From: Bdellovibrio sp. qaytius
GTDB lineage: Bacteria; Bdellovibrionota; Bdellovibrionia; Bdellovibrionales; Bdellovibrionaceae
Direction: 5' to 3'
Length of the DNA stretch: 64,000 nt
NCBI GenBank assembly: GCA_004011035.1
Contig: CP025734.1
Coordinates: 637,106 to 701,105, forward strand
Below, piece after piece: positions 21,267-35,965 of this stretch (position 1 is the stretch's first letter; each line of letters opens with the position of its first letter). Below the pieces are notes generated by a model. It saw nothing but the letters and a program-made list of their open reading frames with translations, ran no database searches and was not told the origin of the DNA. The translations under genes and the position numbers were made by a program.

Positions 21267-21909
21267 TTTAATGGCCAAAGTCTCCACGCTATCGGTAAAT
21301 CGTATTGCACTTTTCGGTTTGTTGCTGACGGTGTTTTACTTTTTTATGATTTATAATAACGGCGATTCTATTTTAGCTGAGATCCAAGGTTTAAATGCGC
21401 AAATAGCAGAAGAGACAACAAAAAAAGTTGAAACTGAAAGAATCTTGAAAAAAGAAGAAGAAATGCGCGCTGACGTGGCGTCTTTAGCTAAAACTTATGA
21501 AGCGGTTAAATCAAAAATTCCAATTGATTTCGAAACTTCAGAGCTACGTATTATTGTTGAACAAATTAGTGCTGCGACTGATTTAAAAATCACGAAGCTG
21601 AGTAATTCAGACTTACAGCAAGCAAGTAGCCAAGATGCGACTGAAAAAGCCGAAGAAGCGAATCTGGTGCAAAAAGTAGGGATTAACTACATTTTTCAGG
21701 GTAGTTTCGCACAAATCCAAGCTTTTATGACTCAAATAGCAGGTATCGAAAAAGTTATTAAAGTTTCTGAGTTAAAAATTAAATCTGAAGATGGCACCAA
21801 CGGACCGAATAAAAACCTTACGGTAGAAGCTATATTGGTGGGTTATCGCCAGGCCGCCGTTGCTGCAGCTAAACCCCCAGCTCTGCCTGGTAAAGATAGT
21901 GTGAAATAA
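21259..21909 (+). CDS. pilO: type IV pilus assembly protein PilO
   Basis: TM segment plus coiled coil, GSFAQIQAF motif, gene order. Confidence 0.85.
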   Translation: MNDLMAKVSTLSVNRIALFGLLLTVFYFFMIYNNGDSILAEIQGLNAQIAEETTKKVETERILKKEEEMRADVASLAKTYEAVKSKIPIDFETSELRIIVEQISAATDLKITKLSNSDLQQASSQDATEKAEEANLVQKVGINYIFQGSFAQIQAFMTQIAGIEKVIKVSELKIKSEDGTNGPNKNLTVEAILVGYRQAAVAAAKPPALPGKDSVK

Positions 21910-22670
21910 TGAAGAACATTATCGCCATTATTAAAAAATCATCTTTATATTTAGCTGCAATGGTGACGGCCCTTGCGGCCACTTATTATTTAGGTTTGGC
22001 TCCGCTATTACATGCTCAAGCTGAATTTCCTGAAATGCCTGATTTTCCAGATGCTAAAGTTTCTTCAGGGTCAGCAAAGGCAGCAAATAAAACTCCGCCA
22101 CCTGCAGATAAAAATACCGAGAAAAATGCAGAGAAAAGCCCAGAAAAAAACGTAGATAAAAATGTGGGTGTTCCTGATTTACCAGCGGCCAGTGATGCGT
22201 CAGCAACTCTGGCGGCACCTTCGGCAGCGGCAAAATTACCGGCTCCACCGGTACAGGTCAGTCGTCCTAATATTTCTCCTGCAACTGGAATCTTATTTAA
22301 AAATACAAGATCATACGTGGGCGAACTCAGCAACCCAGATCGCGATCCATTTCGTAAGCCGTTGTATATTCTAGAACTTGAAGAAAAAAGTTTAAAACCA
22401 CAAAAGACTGAGACTGTTCGTATTGATGAAAAAATCGAAGCGATTCGTCGTTGGCCTATTCGCGATTACCGTTTAGTTGGTGTTATTTGGGATGTTCGCA
22501 ATCCTAAGGCGATGATCGTAGACCCTTCAAATACAATGCATTTATTAAAAAGAAATTATCGAATCGGTGATAAAGATGGAATTATATCAGCGATTTCAGA
22601 GGGAACAATCACTGTCCTACAAGACAACATTCCGGTAGTGATTGATATCTCTGGCAGTAATAATAATTAG
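21909..22670 (+). CDS. pilP: type IV pilus assembly protein PilP
   Basis: RDPF motif, DYRLVGVIWD...AMIVDP and YRIG C-terminal domain; between pilO and pilQ. Confidence 0.85.
   Translation: MKNIIAIIKKSSLYLAAMVTALAATYYLGLAPLLHAQAEFPEMPDFPDAKVSSGSAKAANKTPPPADKNTEKNAEKSPEKNVDKNVGVPDLPAASDASATLAAPSAAAKLPAPPVQVSRPNISPATGILFKNTRSYVGELSNPDRDPFRKPLYILELEEKSLKPQKTETVRIDEKIEAIRRWPIRDYRLVGVIWDVRNPKAMIVDPSNTMHLLKRNYRIGDKDGIISAISEGTITVLQDNIPVVIDISGSNNN
22107..22166 (+). repeat. 12-bp tandem repeat x5 in pilP encoding (D/E)K(N/S)x
   Basis: DKNT EKNA EKSP EKNV DKNV in the disordered linker. Confidence 0.7.
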
Positions 22671-22688
22671 TTCGATTAGGAGGATTGA

Positions 22689-24767
22689 ATGATTAAAAAA
22701 GGACTAACCTCATTGGTTTTAGTATTGAGTCTTGTCTCTTTTTCTTGTTCTACAAAGAAAAAAGTCGTTGATGATGATTTTGGTGTCGAAGATGAAACAG
22801 GCACTGAACTTTCACTTGATGACACAGCTGAAGCACCAGCTGCAGATCCTAATTCAAAAGATGAATTTGCAGACTTTGATAAGCCGGCACAAGAAGAACA
22901 ACCTGCACAGACACAGGCCGCACCTCCTCCAGCTGAAGAGCTTGTTGATGTTCCTGCGCAACCGCAAGAAGCTGCGGCTGAGCCAGCGCCACAGGTTTCA
23001 AATCAAACAGCTAAGATCAGCGATGTGAAATTTTTAGGTAATAGCAATGGCGGAACATTAGTCATCAATGCTGATTATCCTCTGCAATACAAAACACGTA
23101 TGAATTCAAATACGAATCAACTTGTAGTTGAAGTTCAAAACGCGATTGTTCCAGACCGTTTAAAAAGAGCTTTAAATACAAAAGATATGACTTCAAATAT
23201 TGGTAGCATTGATATTTACCAAAATGCGAATTCAAATGTAGCTCGCTTCGTTGTGCAATTACGCTCAGGCTCGCAAGAACCTTTAGTGCAACCTGAAGGT
23301 AACACGCTGTTGATCGTAGGTAGCCCAAGCGCTAATGGCGGACAAACTCCTGAAGCTATGGCCGCAGCCGAAGGCGGGGAATCTGACGATGCCGCAAACT
23401 TAGGTATTATGAGCTCTGAAAGTATCGAAGATTTCTTAGCGAATAATAATAAATTTTATGGCCGTAAGATCTCGATCGAAACAACAGACATGGATGTTCG
23501 TGATATTTTAAAGTTTATCTCTGAAGAATCAGGAATAAACATGATTTTCGACGATAATATCGCCGGAAAAGTGAGTTTAAAACTACGTAAAGTACCTTGG
23601 GATCAGGCTTTAGTTACTATTTTAAAGTCAAAAAAGTTAGCTTACCGCAGACAAGGCCAAGTTTTACGTATCGGCCCGGTAGAAACATTAGCTAAAGAAG
23701 AAGAAGATGCAATTCGCCTTAAAGAGGCAAAACTTAAGACTGAATCTTTGGTCGTAAAGAATTTCTCAATCAATTATGCTGATGTGGCCGCTCTAGAAGC
23801 TAAAGTTAAAGACTTTATTTCAGAAGGCGGAGCCGGCGCTGCAGCTCAAGGCCGCGGTAAGGTTACAGTCGATGCAAGAACAAATTCTTTAATCGTGACC
23901 GAGACAAATTCAAAGTTAGCTCAAGTTGAAAAACTAATTAGTCTTTTAGATTCACAACCGCAACAGGTACTTATCGAAGGCCGTGTGGTTGAAGCCTCTG
24001 AAACATACGCCCGCCAAATCGGTGTAAATTTCGGATTCAACTTAGCCCAAAATGGAGACGCCAACTTAGTTATTCCAGGTCGTGATCGCGTTGTGACAGG
24101 AAACGGTGGTTTAAGCCGTTTTTATAGTCCGTCGGCAACATTTAATCCGGCAGCAACAGGCTCATTCACAGGATCAATGTGGTTAGGTCAATTCGGAGCT
24201 TTCGGAGATTTGTCGACAAGACTAGCTTTAGACGAAGTTGAAGAAAAAGTTAAAATTTTATCTTCGCCAAGAATCGCGGTTTTACATAATAGCCAAGCGA
24301 CTATTAAGCAGGGTTCGATCATTCAAGTTCCATCGACTGAAACTACGACGGCAGGAACAACAACGACGACTCAAACTTTCAAAGAGGTTGAAGTCGGGGT
24401 AAATTTAGATGTTAAACCGTTAATTTCAAGCATCGGCACTGTGAATTTAGACCTAAAAATCGAACGTTCTGCAACGACAGCTACAGGCGGAAGAACTCAA
24501 CGTGAGATCAAAACGAATATCATCGTAAAAAGCGGTGAAACTGCGGTGATCGGTGGGGTTTTTACATCTGATGTAACAAATCGTCGCCAAGGAGTTCCAG
24601 GATTAAAAGATATTCCAATCTTAGGAACATTATTTAGAACTGATTCTAACTCGAGCCAAAAGACAGAATTAATGTTCTTTATCTCTCCACGTATTCTTAA
24701 GACGCTTCAAGCACCTTCATTCAAGGCTTCAAGCCAAGATTTAGGTGAAGGCACTTCAGGACAATAA
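22689..24767 (+). CDS. pilQ: type IV pilus secretin PilQ
   Basis: Lipobox-like SFSC, AMIN-like domain, LRKVPWDQAL, QVLIEGRVVE and VPGLKDIPILGTLF. Confidence 0.96.
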   Translation: MIKKGLTSLVLVLSLVSFSCSTKKKVVDDDFGVEDETGTELSLDDTAEAPAADPNSKDEFADFDKPAQEEQPAQTQAAPPPAEELVDVPAQPQEAAAEPAPQVSNQTAKISDVKFLGNSNGGTLVINADYPLQYKTRMNSNTNQLVVEVQNAIVPDRLKRALNTKDMTSNIGSIDIYQNANSNVARFVVQLRSGSQEPLVQPEGNTLLIVGSPSANGGQTPEAMAAAEGGESDDAANLGIMSSESIEDFLANNNKFYGRKISIETTDMDVRDILKFISEESGINMIFDDNIAGKVSLKLRKVPWDQALVTILKSKKLAYRRQGQVLRIGPVETLAKEEEDAIRLKEAKLKTESLVVKNFSINYADVAALEAKVKDFISEGGAGAAAQGRGKVTVDARTNSLIVTETNSKLAQVEKLISLLDSQPQQVLIEGRVVEASETYARQIGVNFGFNLAQNGDANLVIPGRDRVVTGNGGLSRFYSPSATFNPAATGSFTGSMWLGQFGAFGDLSTRLALDEVEEKVKILSSPRIAVLHNSQATIKQGSIIQVPSTETTTAGTTTTTQTFKEVEVGVNLDVKPLISSIGTVNLDLKIERSATTATGGRTQREIKTNIIVKSGETAVIGGVFTSDVTNRRQGVPGLKDIPILGTLFRTDSNSSQKTELMFFISPRILKTLQAPSFKASSQDLGEGTSGQ

Positions 24768-24820
24768 GAGAGAGCTATTCTAAAAAGTAGATCCATAAGT
24801 AGATTAGAGTTAAATAAAAT

Positions 24821-24852
24821 AAAAAAACCCGCTGTATTAAGCGGGTTTTTTT
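24821..24852. terminator. bidirectional intrinsic terminator after pilQ
   Basis: AAAAAAACCCGC-tgtattaa-GCGGGTTTTTTT (stem extends by T-A). Confidence 0.88.
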
Positions 24853-24885
24853 ATTATAAATATAGAAATAAGTGGGGATTTAAAC

Positions 24886-25188
24886 CTAGATTTTTTGGGC
24901 CGAGAACATAATGCTCTCTTCGTTCTTAATATTACTAAAAGAATAGGCCGTATTCGCCGGCATTTCTAATTTATCGCCTGGGCGTAATACGAATTGGGTA
25001 CCTGAAAGATTAAAAATAAGTTCACCTTCAGCTATTTGAATAATTTCAGTTAAGTGGGTTCTTTGGTTTGCTAAGCGAGAACCAGACTTGATTTGAAAAG
25101 GTCTTGGTTCAAGCCCTTCAGCCTCAAAAAGCTTAACAATGATGTCTTTGTTTACCGGAATTTCTGCAGTCCAACGAGTTATTTTCAT
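24886..25188 (-). CDS. cupin-domain protein
   Basis: HLTEIIQIAEGEL...LRPGDKLEMPANTAYSF cupin pattern. Confidence 0.75.
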   Translation of the reverse strand: MKITRWTAEIPVNKDIIVKLFEAEGLEPRPFQIKSGSRLANQRTHLTEIIQIAEGELIFNLSGTQFVLRPGDKLEMPANTAYSFSNIKNEESIMFSAQKI

Positions 25189-25237
25189 AATAAACCTAAT
25201 ATTTCATACGGATTCTTAATTTGATACAAAAATATTT

Positions 25238-25265
25238 TAAAGACTCACTCTCAACACGTCGATAA
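25238..25265 (+). promoter_or_regulatory. sigma28-like promoter
   Basis: TAAAG-N15-GTCGATAA upstream of the GGAGG RBS of the 25304 gene. Confidence 0.6.
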
Positions 25266-25303
25266 AAAAATTGATATAACACGGCAATATTGCGGAGGCC
25301 ACT

Positions 25304-25822
25304 TTGAAGAAGCCAAATGAGAACGTAAGTTCTAACAACATGAATGAGATCGTAAATTTTTTAGAGAACACTCGCTATGTGAAATTCGATTTCGATCACA
25401 CTTCTTTACGCGTAACTCAAAACGAAGATCAAAAAGCGATTAGCTTTAGATTCGCTGATGTAGAAAAAGTATTAGCACGTACTGACTTTGACGGTTCGCA
25501 ATTCATTCAAATTAACTTTCACAATAAAACTAAAATTTTAATTACGAAAAATTTAATCGGCTTTAAACCACTAGAGTTAGTGGGCTTTGATGCGGGCAAA
25601 ATTCCTAAAGTTGTTACTACGGTAGACTTAAATAGCGTGTTTAAAGCTATTGAAGACCTTACGGATGGTGAAGATACGTACCAAACAGCCACAGAATTGG
25701 AAGTTTTGAAAAAAGTATATCAAAGTATTATGATGGGGGCCGAACAAGTCGGCTTCGAAATGAAGGCCGAGAAGCAATGGTTTTCAGCATTCCTGCTGAA
25801 TCCTCTCGCAGCTACTGCTTAA
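25304..25822 (+). CDS. hypothetical protein
   Basis: 172-aa ORF, TTG start 6 nt after GGAGG, followed by a terminator. Confidence 0.8.
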   Translation: MKKPNENVSSNNMNEIVNFLENTRYVKFDFDHTSLRVTQNEDQKAISFRFADVEKVLARTDFDGSQFIQINFHNKTKILITKNLIGFKPLELVGFDAGKIPKVVTTVDLNSVFKAIEDLTDGEDTYQTATELEVLKKVYQSIMMGAEQVGFEMKAEKQWFSAFLLNPLAATA

Positions 25823-25852
25823 ACTCAAATCACTCACGCCTAAAAAAAACAC

Positions 25853-25878
25853 AACCTGGTATAAAAACCAGGTTTTTT
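25853..25878 (+). terminator. intrinsic terminator
   Basis: AACCTGGT-ataaaa-ACCAGGTT followed by TTTT. Confidence 0.7.
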
Positions 25879-25949
25879 ACGTTTTTCTAAAAAAAAGTAT
25901 TGCAAAGAAGTTTGGGATAAGCGACAAACGTCGAACAGCAAAAGACGTC

Positions 25950-26025
<76 letters not shown>

Positions 26026-26049
26026 AATCGACACACTTTTTAAATTTTA

Positions 26050-26102
26050 TTTAAAAATAAAATAAAAAAGATGTTGACGAGGTAATTCAGCTGAATTACA
26101 AC
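26050..26102 (+). promoter_or_regulatory. rrn sigma70-type promoter with AT-rich UP element
   Basis: TTGACG (26074)-N17-TACAAC preceded by an A/T tract; boxA-like GTTCTTTGAAAA near 26159. Confidence 0.65.
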
Positions 26103-26380
26103 TGACGTCCTTGTAGAAATGAAAACGCCGAGCGAAAGCAAAGCGAGTTAATGATCGGGTTCTTTGAAAACTGAATAGCTAAAAGATTTTGGAACTAATA
26201 GAACAGCTACTTTAATGTAGCGAGCTAATGTAACTTCGGTTGCTTAGTGTGATATTATAAATTTCTAGGTTTCTTTATATTAATAGAAATCATTTAAAAA
26301 CTAACGTTTTTATCTCAATGGTTGTCATCTTCGGATGACAATACAAAAATGAACAGATTTTTAAACTTTTTAGTTTTTTT

Positions 26381-27891
<1,511 letters not shown>

Positions 27892-27996
27892 TTCGTGATC
27901 AGCGCTTTGAGCTTGTCTCAAAGAGAGCAATCACTTCTCTTAGGTCAAACCAAAATCTTTTAATAGCTATTCAGTTTTGAACGAACTACTGGTCAT

Positions 27997-28073
<77 letters not shown>

Positions 28074-28287
28074 ACTCAAAATTTTATGTTGAAAGCGCAA
28101 GCTAACAACACTGTTCTTTGACAATTGAATATGTAAACTAAGAAGTTTCGAACAAATATTTTCGGGAATTAAACCTTGAATATCGAAATGAAGAATAGAG
28201 TTTTTATTTGTATTAATTTTTTACTAAATATGATCGCAAGATATATTTGAGTAAGACAATTATTAATTTACTGATCTAATTCAGTAG

Positions 28288-28321
28288 ATTGTATTAATTG
28301 ATTTTTAGCGAGGTTAGATTC
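28288..28321 (+). other. 5' arm of the 23S processing stalk
   Basis: 28288-28311 is the exact 24-bp reverse complement of 31306-31329, with further pairing to 31294-31302. Confidence 0.85.
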
Positions 28322-28332
28322 ATATATATAAT

Positions 28333-31260
<2,928 letters not shown>

Positions 31261-31331
31261 AAATAATTCTCGGTCATTAATGACCAAAATTTCGAATCTA
31301 ACATATCGCTAAAAATCAATTAATACAATTT

Positions 31332-31447
31332 GCTGGTGTCTATAGCAGAGAGGTCACACCTGATCCCATTCCGAACTCAGAAGTTAAGCTCTCTTGCGGC
31401 GATGGTATTGCACGGGTAACTGTGTGAGAGAGTAGCACGATGCCAGC
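31332..31447 (+). rRNA. rrf: 5S rRNA
   Basis: GCTGGTG...CCGAACTCAGAAGTTAAGC...GATGGTA...TGCCAGC with terminal stem. Confidence 0.97.
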
Positions 31448-31459
31448 TCTATTTTTCTT

Positions 31460-31491
31460 AAAACCCTAGGCAACCCCTAGGGTTTTTTTTT
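31460..31491 (+). terminator. rrn terminator
   Basis: AAAACCCTAGG-caac-CCTAGGGTTTT plus a long T-run. Confidence 0.9.
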
Positions 31492-31644
31492 GCTCAAAAT
31501 TCGTAGAAAGACATTTCTCGGTTTGCTCTTTTTGAGCCTATGTCAAATTGTTGGACACCACTATTTGAGCTATCCCATTTATATTTCATTTTAATAAGTC
31601 TTTGATGGGCACCCTAATTGTAACAAGACATGTAGAGGTGTTCT

Positions 31645-32829
31645 ATGAAACTAAAACAACTTTACTATGCTCATGTTTTTTTATTGTCCGCTTTGGGCTC
31701 AGTTATAGCTTGTTCTCCGACCAAGTTTACTCCGGCAGTTGCTGTAAATGCTGACTGTACTACTGGTTGCGTGGTTAATCCTGATGGAACTAAAAAATGG
31801 GATGAAGTTCACAAAATCGGAACGGGTAAAGTTGATATCTTATTTGTTAATGATAATTCGGCTTCAATGTCTGTTATTCAGCAACGTATGGCTCAAGCTT
31901 TTGGTGGTTTTATCGAAAGACTTGATGCTCGTGAAATAGATTACAAAATTGCGATGACAACAACTGATGTAACTAAGCTTTCAGCTGCTCCACTATTATC
32001 TTTTGGTAACGGTTCTACATTTTTAACTAAAGGTGATTCTAATCGTGTTGCTCTTTTTAATGGTGCAATTGTTAGAACTGAAACTACAAAGTGCGAAGAA
32101 GTAATTAAATCTTACTACAATACTTATGGTCCAAGCTTTCAATCTAACAGTAACTATGCAGCTGCCTATAATAATGCCTGTGCTTCAAGTGATGAGCGTG
32201 GAATTTTAGCAGCTAACTATATTTTACAAAATAATACTGGAAGTTTTGTTCGTACGGATGCGCATTTAAATATTATTGTGATCTCGAATGAAGATGTTCG
32301 TAGTGGAGAGACTGGAACATTTACAACCGAAGACCGTGCGTCAAATTTAATTTCAACAGTAAACTCTAAATTCACAGACAAATACTGGGAATTTAACTCG
32401 GTTATTACTAAAGATGCTGCATGTGCTCAGTCACAAAAATCACAATTCAGATCAAATGGCCAAGAAATTAAAGATCAAAATGGTAATTACGTGATTGGTG
32501 CTAACCCTGGAGTTGAGTACGCAGCTGTATCTGCATCTTCTTCTAAGGATATTAATGGAAATGCTCAACCGCGCGGTCAAATTATTGATATCTGCCAAAC
32601 GAACTATTCAAGTTACTTTATCAATATGGCAACGAAAGTTGCGGATGCAGCTTTAAGATTCGATCTTAAATGTACTCCTGCAACAGCTCCAGTTGTTGAA
32701 GTTGCAAATAATCCAGCGGCAACAATTCCTCACACTTGGAATGGTAACAACATTGTTTTCACAGCGAGTTACCAAGGTACTCAAGTTCGTGTGAAATACA
32801 GCTGTCCACAAACTGGTGGAGTTCAGTAA
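31645..32829 (+). CDS. lipoprotein with a vWA-like (MIDAS) domain
   Basis: Lipobox VIAC; KVDILFVNDNSASMS (DxSxS); several Cys. Confidence 0.75.
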   Translation: MKLKQLYYAHVFLLSALGSVIACSPTKFTPAVAVNADCTTGCVVNPDGTKKWDEVHKIGTGKVDILFVNDNSASMSVIQQRMAQAFGGFIERLDAREIDYKIAMTTTDVTKLSAAPLLSFGNGSTFLTKGDSNRVALFNGAIVRTETTKCEEVIKSYYNTYGPSFQSNSNYAAAYNNACASSDERGILAANYILQNNTGSFVRTDAHLNIIVISNEDVRSGETGTFTTEDRASNLISTVNSKFTDKYWEFNSVITKDAACAQSQKSQFRSNGQEIKDQNGNYVIGANPGVEYAAVSASSSKDINGNAQPRGQIIDICQTNYSSYFINMATKVADAALRFDLKCTPATAPVVEVANNPAATIPHTWNGNNIVFTASYQGTQVRVKYSCPQTGGVQ

Positions 32830-32865
32830 GAACTTTTAGCTACGTATAAATTCATTAATCTATCG

Positions 32866-32896
32866 AGAGCGTCTTATGTTGAGACGCTCTTTTTTT
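32866..32896 (+). terminator. intrinsic terminator
   Basis: AGAGCGTCTTA-tgt-TGAGACGCTCT followed by a T-run. Confidence 0.8.
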
Positions 32897-32932
32897 ATTT
32901 TTATCTCTCGCTCGTAAAATTGCTAAATAAAT

Positions 32933-32960
32933 TCAATTTTATGATTTCAACAACCGATCA
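32933..32960 (+). promoter_or_regulatory. sigma28-like promoter
   Basis: TCAAT-N15-ACCGATCA with the same spacing as the other three; weaker match. Confidence 0.4.
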
Positions 32961-32969
32961 TTTGTTCAT

Positions 32970-33653
32970 ATGGCAATGGTAGACAGATACAAAAAATCAG
33001 GTGGCTTTATTCAATTACTGCAAGTTATCGAAACTTGTGGTCCTAAAAAACGTGAACAGTTTATGAAAATCATAAACGAAGAAACGCCACGTTGGGGAGA
33101 AGCGATTCAAGCTAAGATGCTTAGTTTTGAAAAAATTCTTTCTTGGAAGCCAGAAGCAATTATGGAAATCACGGCACAAATGAATCCATTAGCTTTCGGT
33201 ACAGCTTTAAAATCTTTACCTCAAGATAAGTTTGATGAATTTGCAGCTAAGCTTGGTCCACAAGAAAGACGTAAGTTCGAACAACTTTATAAAGAAGGCT
33301 CACCAGCACCGAATGAAATTTCTGCGTGTTTGATGAAAGTTATTAACGAAACTCGTTTGTTATTTGCAGCGGGCACCTTAAAATTTGATAAGATCGATCC
33401 TGATCTTACGATTCCTGATGAAATCGAAAGTAAATTAGAAAGAGGCGGAGCAGGCCCATCATCTGGTGGTAATCGCACGGCTGATGACGTTGTAAAAGAA
33501 GCTTCAGCTTCTTCGGGTATTCAATTAGGTAACCCTAACGAAGTCGATTCATTACGTCGTAAAATTGTTGAGTTAAATAATGTCGTGACGGCTCTTAAGA
33601 GAGACAACATCTCTATGAAAGATAAACTCGATAAAATTAAAAAGATCGCCTAG
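32970..33653 (+). CDS. hypothetical protein with weak FliG-C-like helical domain and C-terminal coiled coil
   Basis: Helical ARM-like segment (EAIMEI...ALKSLPQDKFDEFAAKLGPQERRKF) and a C-terminal heptad repeat; the family call is tentative. Confidence 0.6.
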   Translation: MAMVDRYKKSGGFIQLLQVIETCGPKKREQFMKIINEETPRWGEAIQAKMLSFEKILSWKPEAIMEITAQMNPLAFGTALKSLPQDKFDEFAAKLGPQERRKFEQLYKEGSPAPNEISACLMKVINETRLLFAAGTLKFDKIDPDLTIPDEIESKLERGGAGPSSGGNRTADDVVKEASASSGIQLGNPNEVDSLRRKIVELNNVVTALKRDNISMKDKLDKIKKIA

Positions 33654-33711
33654 TCAGATCCATTTTTTGAAAGTGGTCGGCTTAGAATAGCTCTATTTTA
33701 CAGCAAAACAG

Positions 33712-33737
33712 AAAGAGAGGTTGTGTACCTCTCTTTT
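33712..33737 (+). terminator. intrinsic terminator
   Basis: AAAGAGAGG-ttgtgta-CCTCTCTTTT. Confidence 0.7.
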
Positions 33738-33941
33738 GCTTTTAAAGGGCAGGATGATCGGTTTACGGCCCTACAATCACTTAATTTAGCCCTATTATGA
33801 TCACAAAATAGTCTCAAAGCTTAGTGAAGTAGCTAAGTCTGTATTTTCAAATTAAATATTGGCTGGAATCTTAGCTTTTGCTGCGAATTATTTGACAATA
33901 CAAGCCTGTCAGGATTAATTTGTTTCTTCTTACGAAGTCGT

Positions 33942-34018
<77 letters not shown>

Positions 34019-34060
34019 ATTAATAAAGTTAAAGATAACTTTTAATTATCTTTTAATTAT

Positions 34061-34093
34061 AAAGCTGCTTGAAATCCAAGTAGCTTTTTTTTT
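34061..34093. terminator. terminator between tRNA-Pro and the Kef gene
   Basis: AAAGCTGCTTG-aaatc-CAAGTAGCTTT plus a T-run. Confidence 0.7.
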
Positions 34094-34133
34094 ACCTAAA
34101 ACAAATCAACTGATCATGACGAGCAATTTACTT

Positions 34134-35951
34134 TTAGTCTGCGGAAAGATTTTGTCCTTCGGCATTTAATATTCGTGTCTGTCTTTTTGGTTCAACCAAG
34201 GGCACGGGTTTTGGAATATTGAAGTGAACTAAATCTTTTGCAGACTGTGTTGTACTGCTGTTCGTATCAGTTTCAATTGCAAAACGTTCAGCATCTCGGC
34301 GGCGAATGTCTTCAGTGATCGAGATAATATCATCTTCTGGAACTTCTGCTGATCGCAAAGCTTCTTGTCCGAACTTAATTGCAGACTCGAAAGTTTCGCG
34401 AATTTGGTAATCTACTCCGGCAATCACTAATTCACGGGCGTGAACGCGGTCATAGGCTCTTACTAAAACTTTGGCTTGAGGAAATTCTGCCCTGACTAAT
34501 TCAGCAACTTTGTTAGCTAACTTTTTATTATCAATACAAACAGCAATGAAACAAACTTTTTCGGCCCCCGAAGCGCGAAGTACATCTAATCTTGAACCGT
34601 CTCCGTAATAAATTTTAAAACCAAAATTTCCTGCATTGCGAATTCTTTCAGGATTACTATCAATAATCGTAATATCCATGTCTCGTGCTAATAACAATTG
34701 TGAAACCACTTGTCCGAAGCGACCAAACCCAATCACTAATCCACAGCTTGATAGATCGCGAGCTTCTTCAACTCCTTCAAGAGAAGGTTTTGCAGTAGAT
34801 AATATTTTTTTAACGATGATGACAGCCAGTGGAGTTAGAGCCATCGATAACACGACGATCGCAGTCATATTGGCATTTACTTCTACAGAAATAACGCGGG
34901 CTTGAGTTGCTGCAGCGTAAAGGACAACGGCGAATTCTCCTCCTTGGGCCATGATAGCAGCGCGATCAAGAGCTTCTGGGTGTGTCGAACCCATAAAACG
35001 AGCAACTAGATAAATGCAAAATCCTTTTCCTAGCATGAGCACTAAAACACCAGTGATAACAAATAGAGCATTGTCTAAAACTAACTTTAGATCTAACGAC
35101 ATGCCAACGCCGATGAAAAATAATCCGAGTAAGATTCCGCGAAATGGTTCGATGTCGGCTTCAATTTGATGACGAAATGTTGATTCGGCTAAAAGCACTC
35201 CGGCTAAAAATGCGCCCAGAGCCATTGATAATCCTGTAAGTTGCATTAATAAAGATGTGCCAAGAACAACTAGCAATGCAGCCGCAGTGAGGACTTCTCG
35301 TGCACGAGCATTAGCTAAGATGTGAAAAAAGGGATTTAACAACCAGCGACCCGCAGCGATAACGGCAATCAAAGATCCGAGCGCGATGGCAATGGTTGTC
35401 CAATTGATTCCTTGCGAATGGCCAATCGGCGAAAGTAGCGCGACTAAGGCTAATAGGGGAACGATCAATAAATCTTCGAAGAGTAAAATTGAAACTGTTT
35501 TTTGGCCCTGTGGCAGGCCGATGTCGCCACGTTCGCCAAGAATCTGCATAACGATCGCTGTTGATGTTAACACGAAGCCTGCGGCACTTATGAATGAAAT
35601 AGTGGGCGAATAACCAACGGCTATTCCGATACCTGTTAGTGCCACTGAACAAACGGCAATTTGTAATGAACCTAAACCAAAAATCTGGCCGCGCAAATCC
35701 CAAAGATGAGACGGTCTCATCTCGAGTCCAATGACAAACAAGAACATCACGACGCCAAGCTCAGCGATGTGCAATATTGAGTTAGGATCAGTGAAGAGTC
35801 CTAATCCGAAGGGGCCGATGATTAAGCCAGCAAATAAATATCCTAGAACTGAGCCCAAGCCCAGTTTTCGAAAAATAGGAACCGCGACTACGGCAGCTCC
35901 TAAAAGAGTAACAACTTGTATGAGATCATTTGAGTTTTGTTCTACAGCCAT
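34134..35951 (-). CDS. KefB/KefC-type CPA2 potassium efflux antiporter
   Basis: LGLGSVLGY, AELGVVMFLFVIGLE, IEPFRGILLGLFF, QGGEF and KTN domain GFGRFGQ. Confidence 0.93.
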   Translation of the reverse strand: MAVEQNSNDLIQVVTLLGAAVVAVPIFRKLGLGSVLGYLFAGLIIGPFGLGLFTDPNSILHIAELGVVMFLFVIGLEMRPSHLWDLRGQIFGLGSLQIAVCSVALTGIGIAVGYSPTISFISAAGFVLTSTAIVMQILGERGDIGLPQGQKTVSILLFEDLLIVPLLALVALLSPIGHSQGINWTTIAIALGSLIAVIAAGRWLLNPFFHILANARAREVLTAAALLVVLGTSLLMQLTGLSMALGAFLAGVLLAESTFRHQIEADIEPFRGILLGLFFIGVGMSLDLKLVLDNALFVITGVLVLMLGKGFCIYLVARFMGSTHPEALDRAAIMAQGGEFAVVLYAAATQARVISVEVNANMTAIVVLSMALTPLAVIIVKKILSTAKPSLEGVEEARDLSSCGLVIGFGRFGQVVSQLLLARDMDITIIDSNPERIRNAGNFGFKIYYGDGSRLDVLRASGAEKVCFIAVCIDNKKLANKVAELVRAEFPQAKVLVRAYDRVHARELVIAGVDYQIRETFESAIKFGQEALRSAEVPEDDIISITEDIRRRDAERFAIETDTNSSTTQSAKDLVHFNIPKPVPLVEPKRQTRILNAEGQNLSAD

Positions 35952-35965
35952 TCATCGATGATGGA

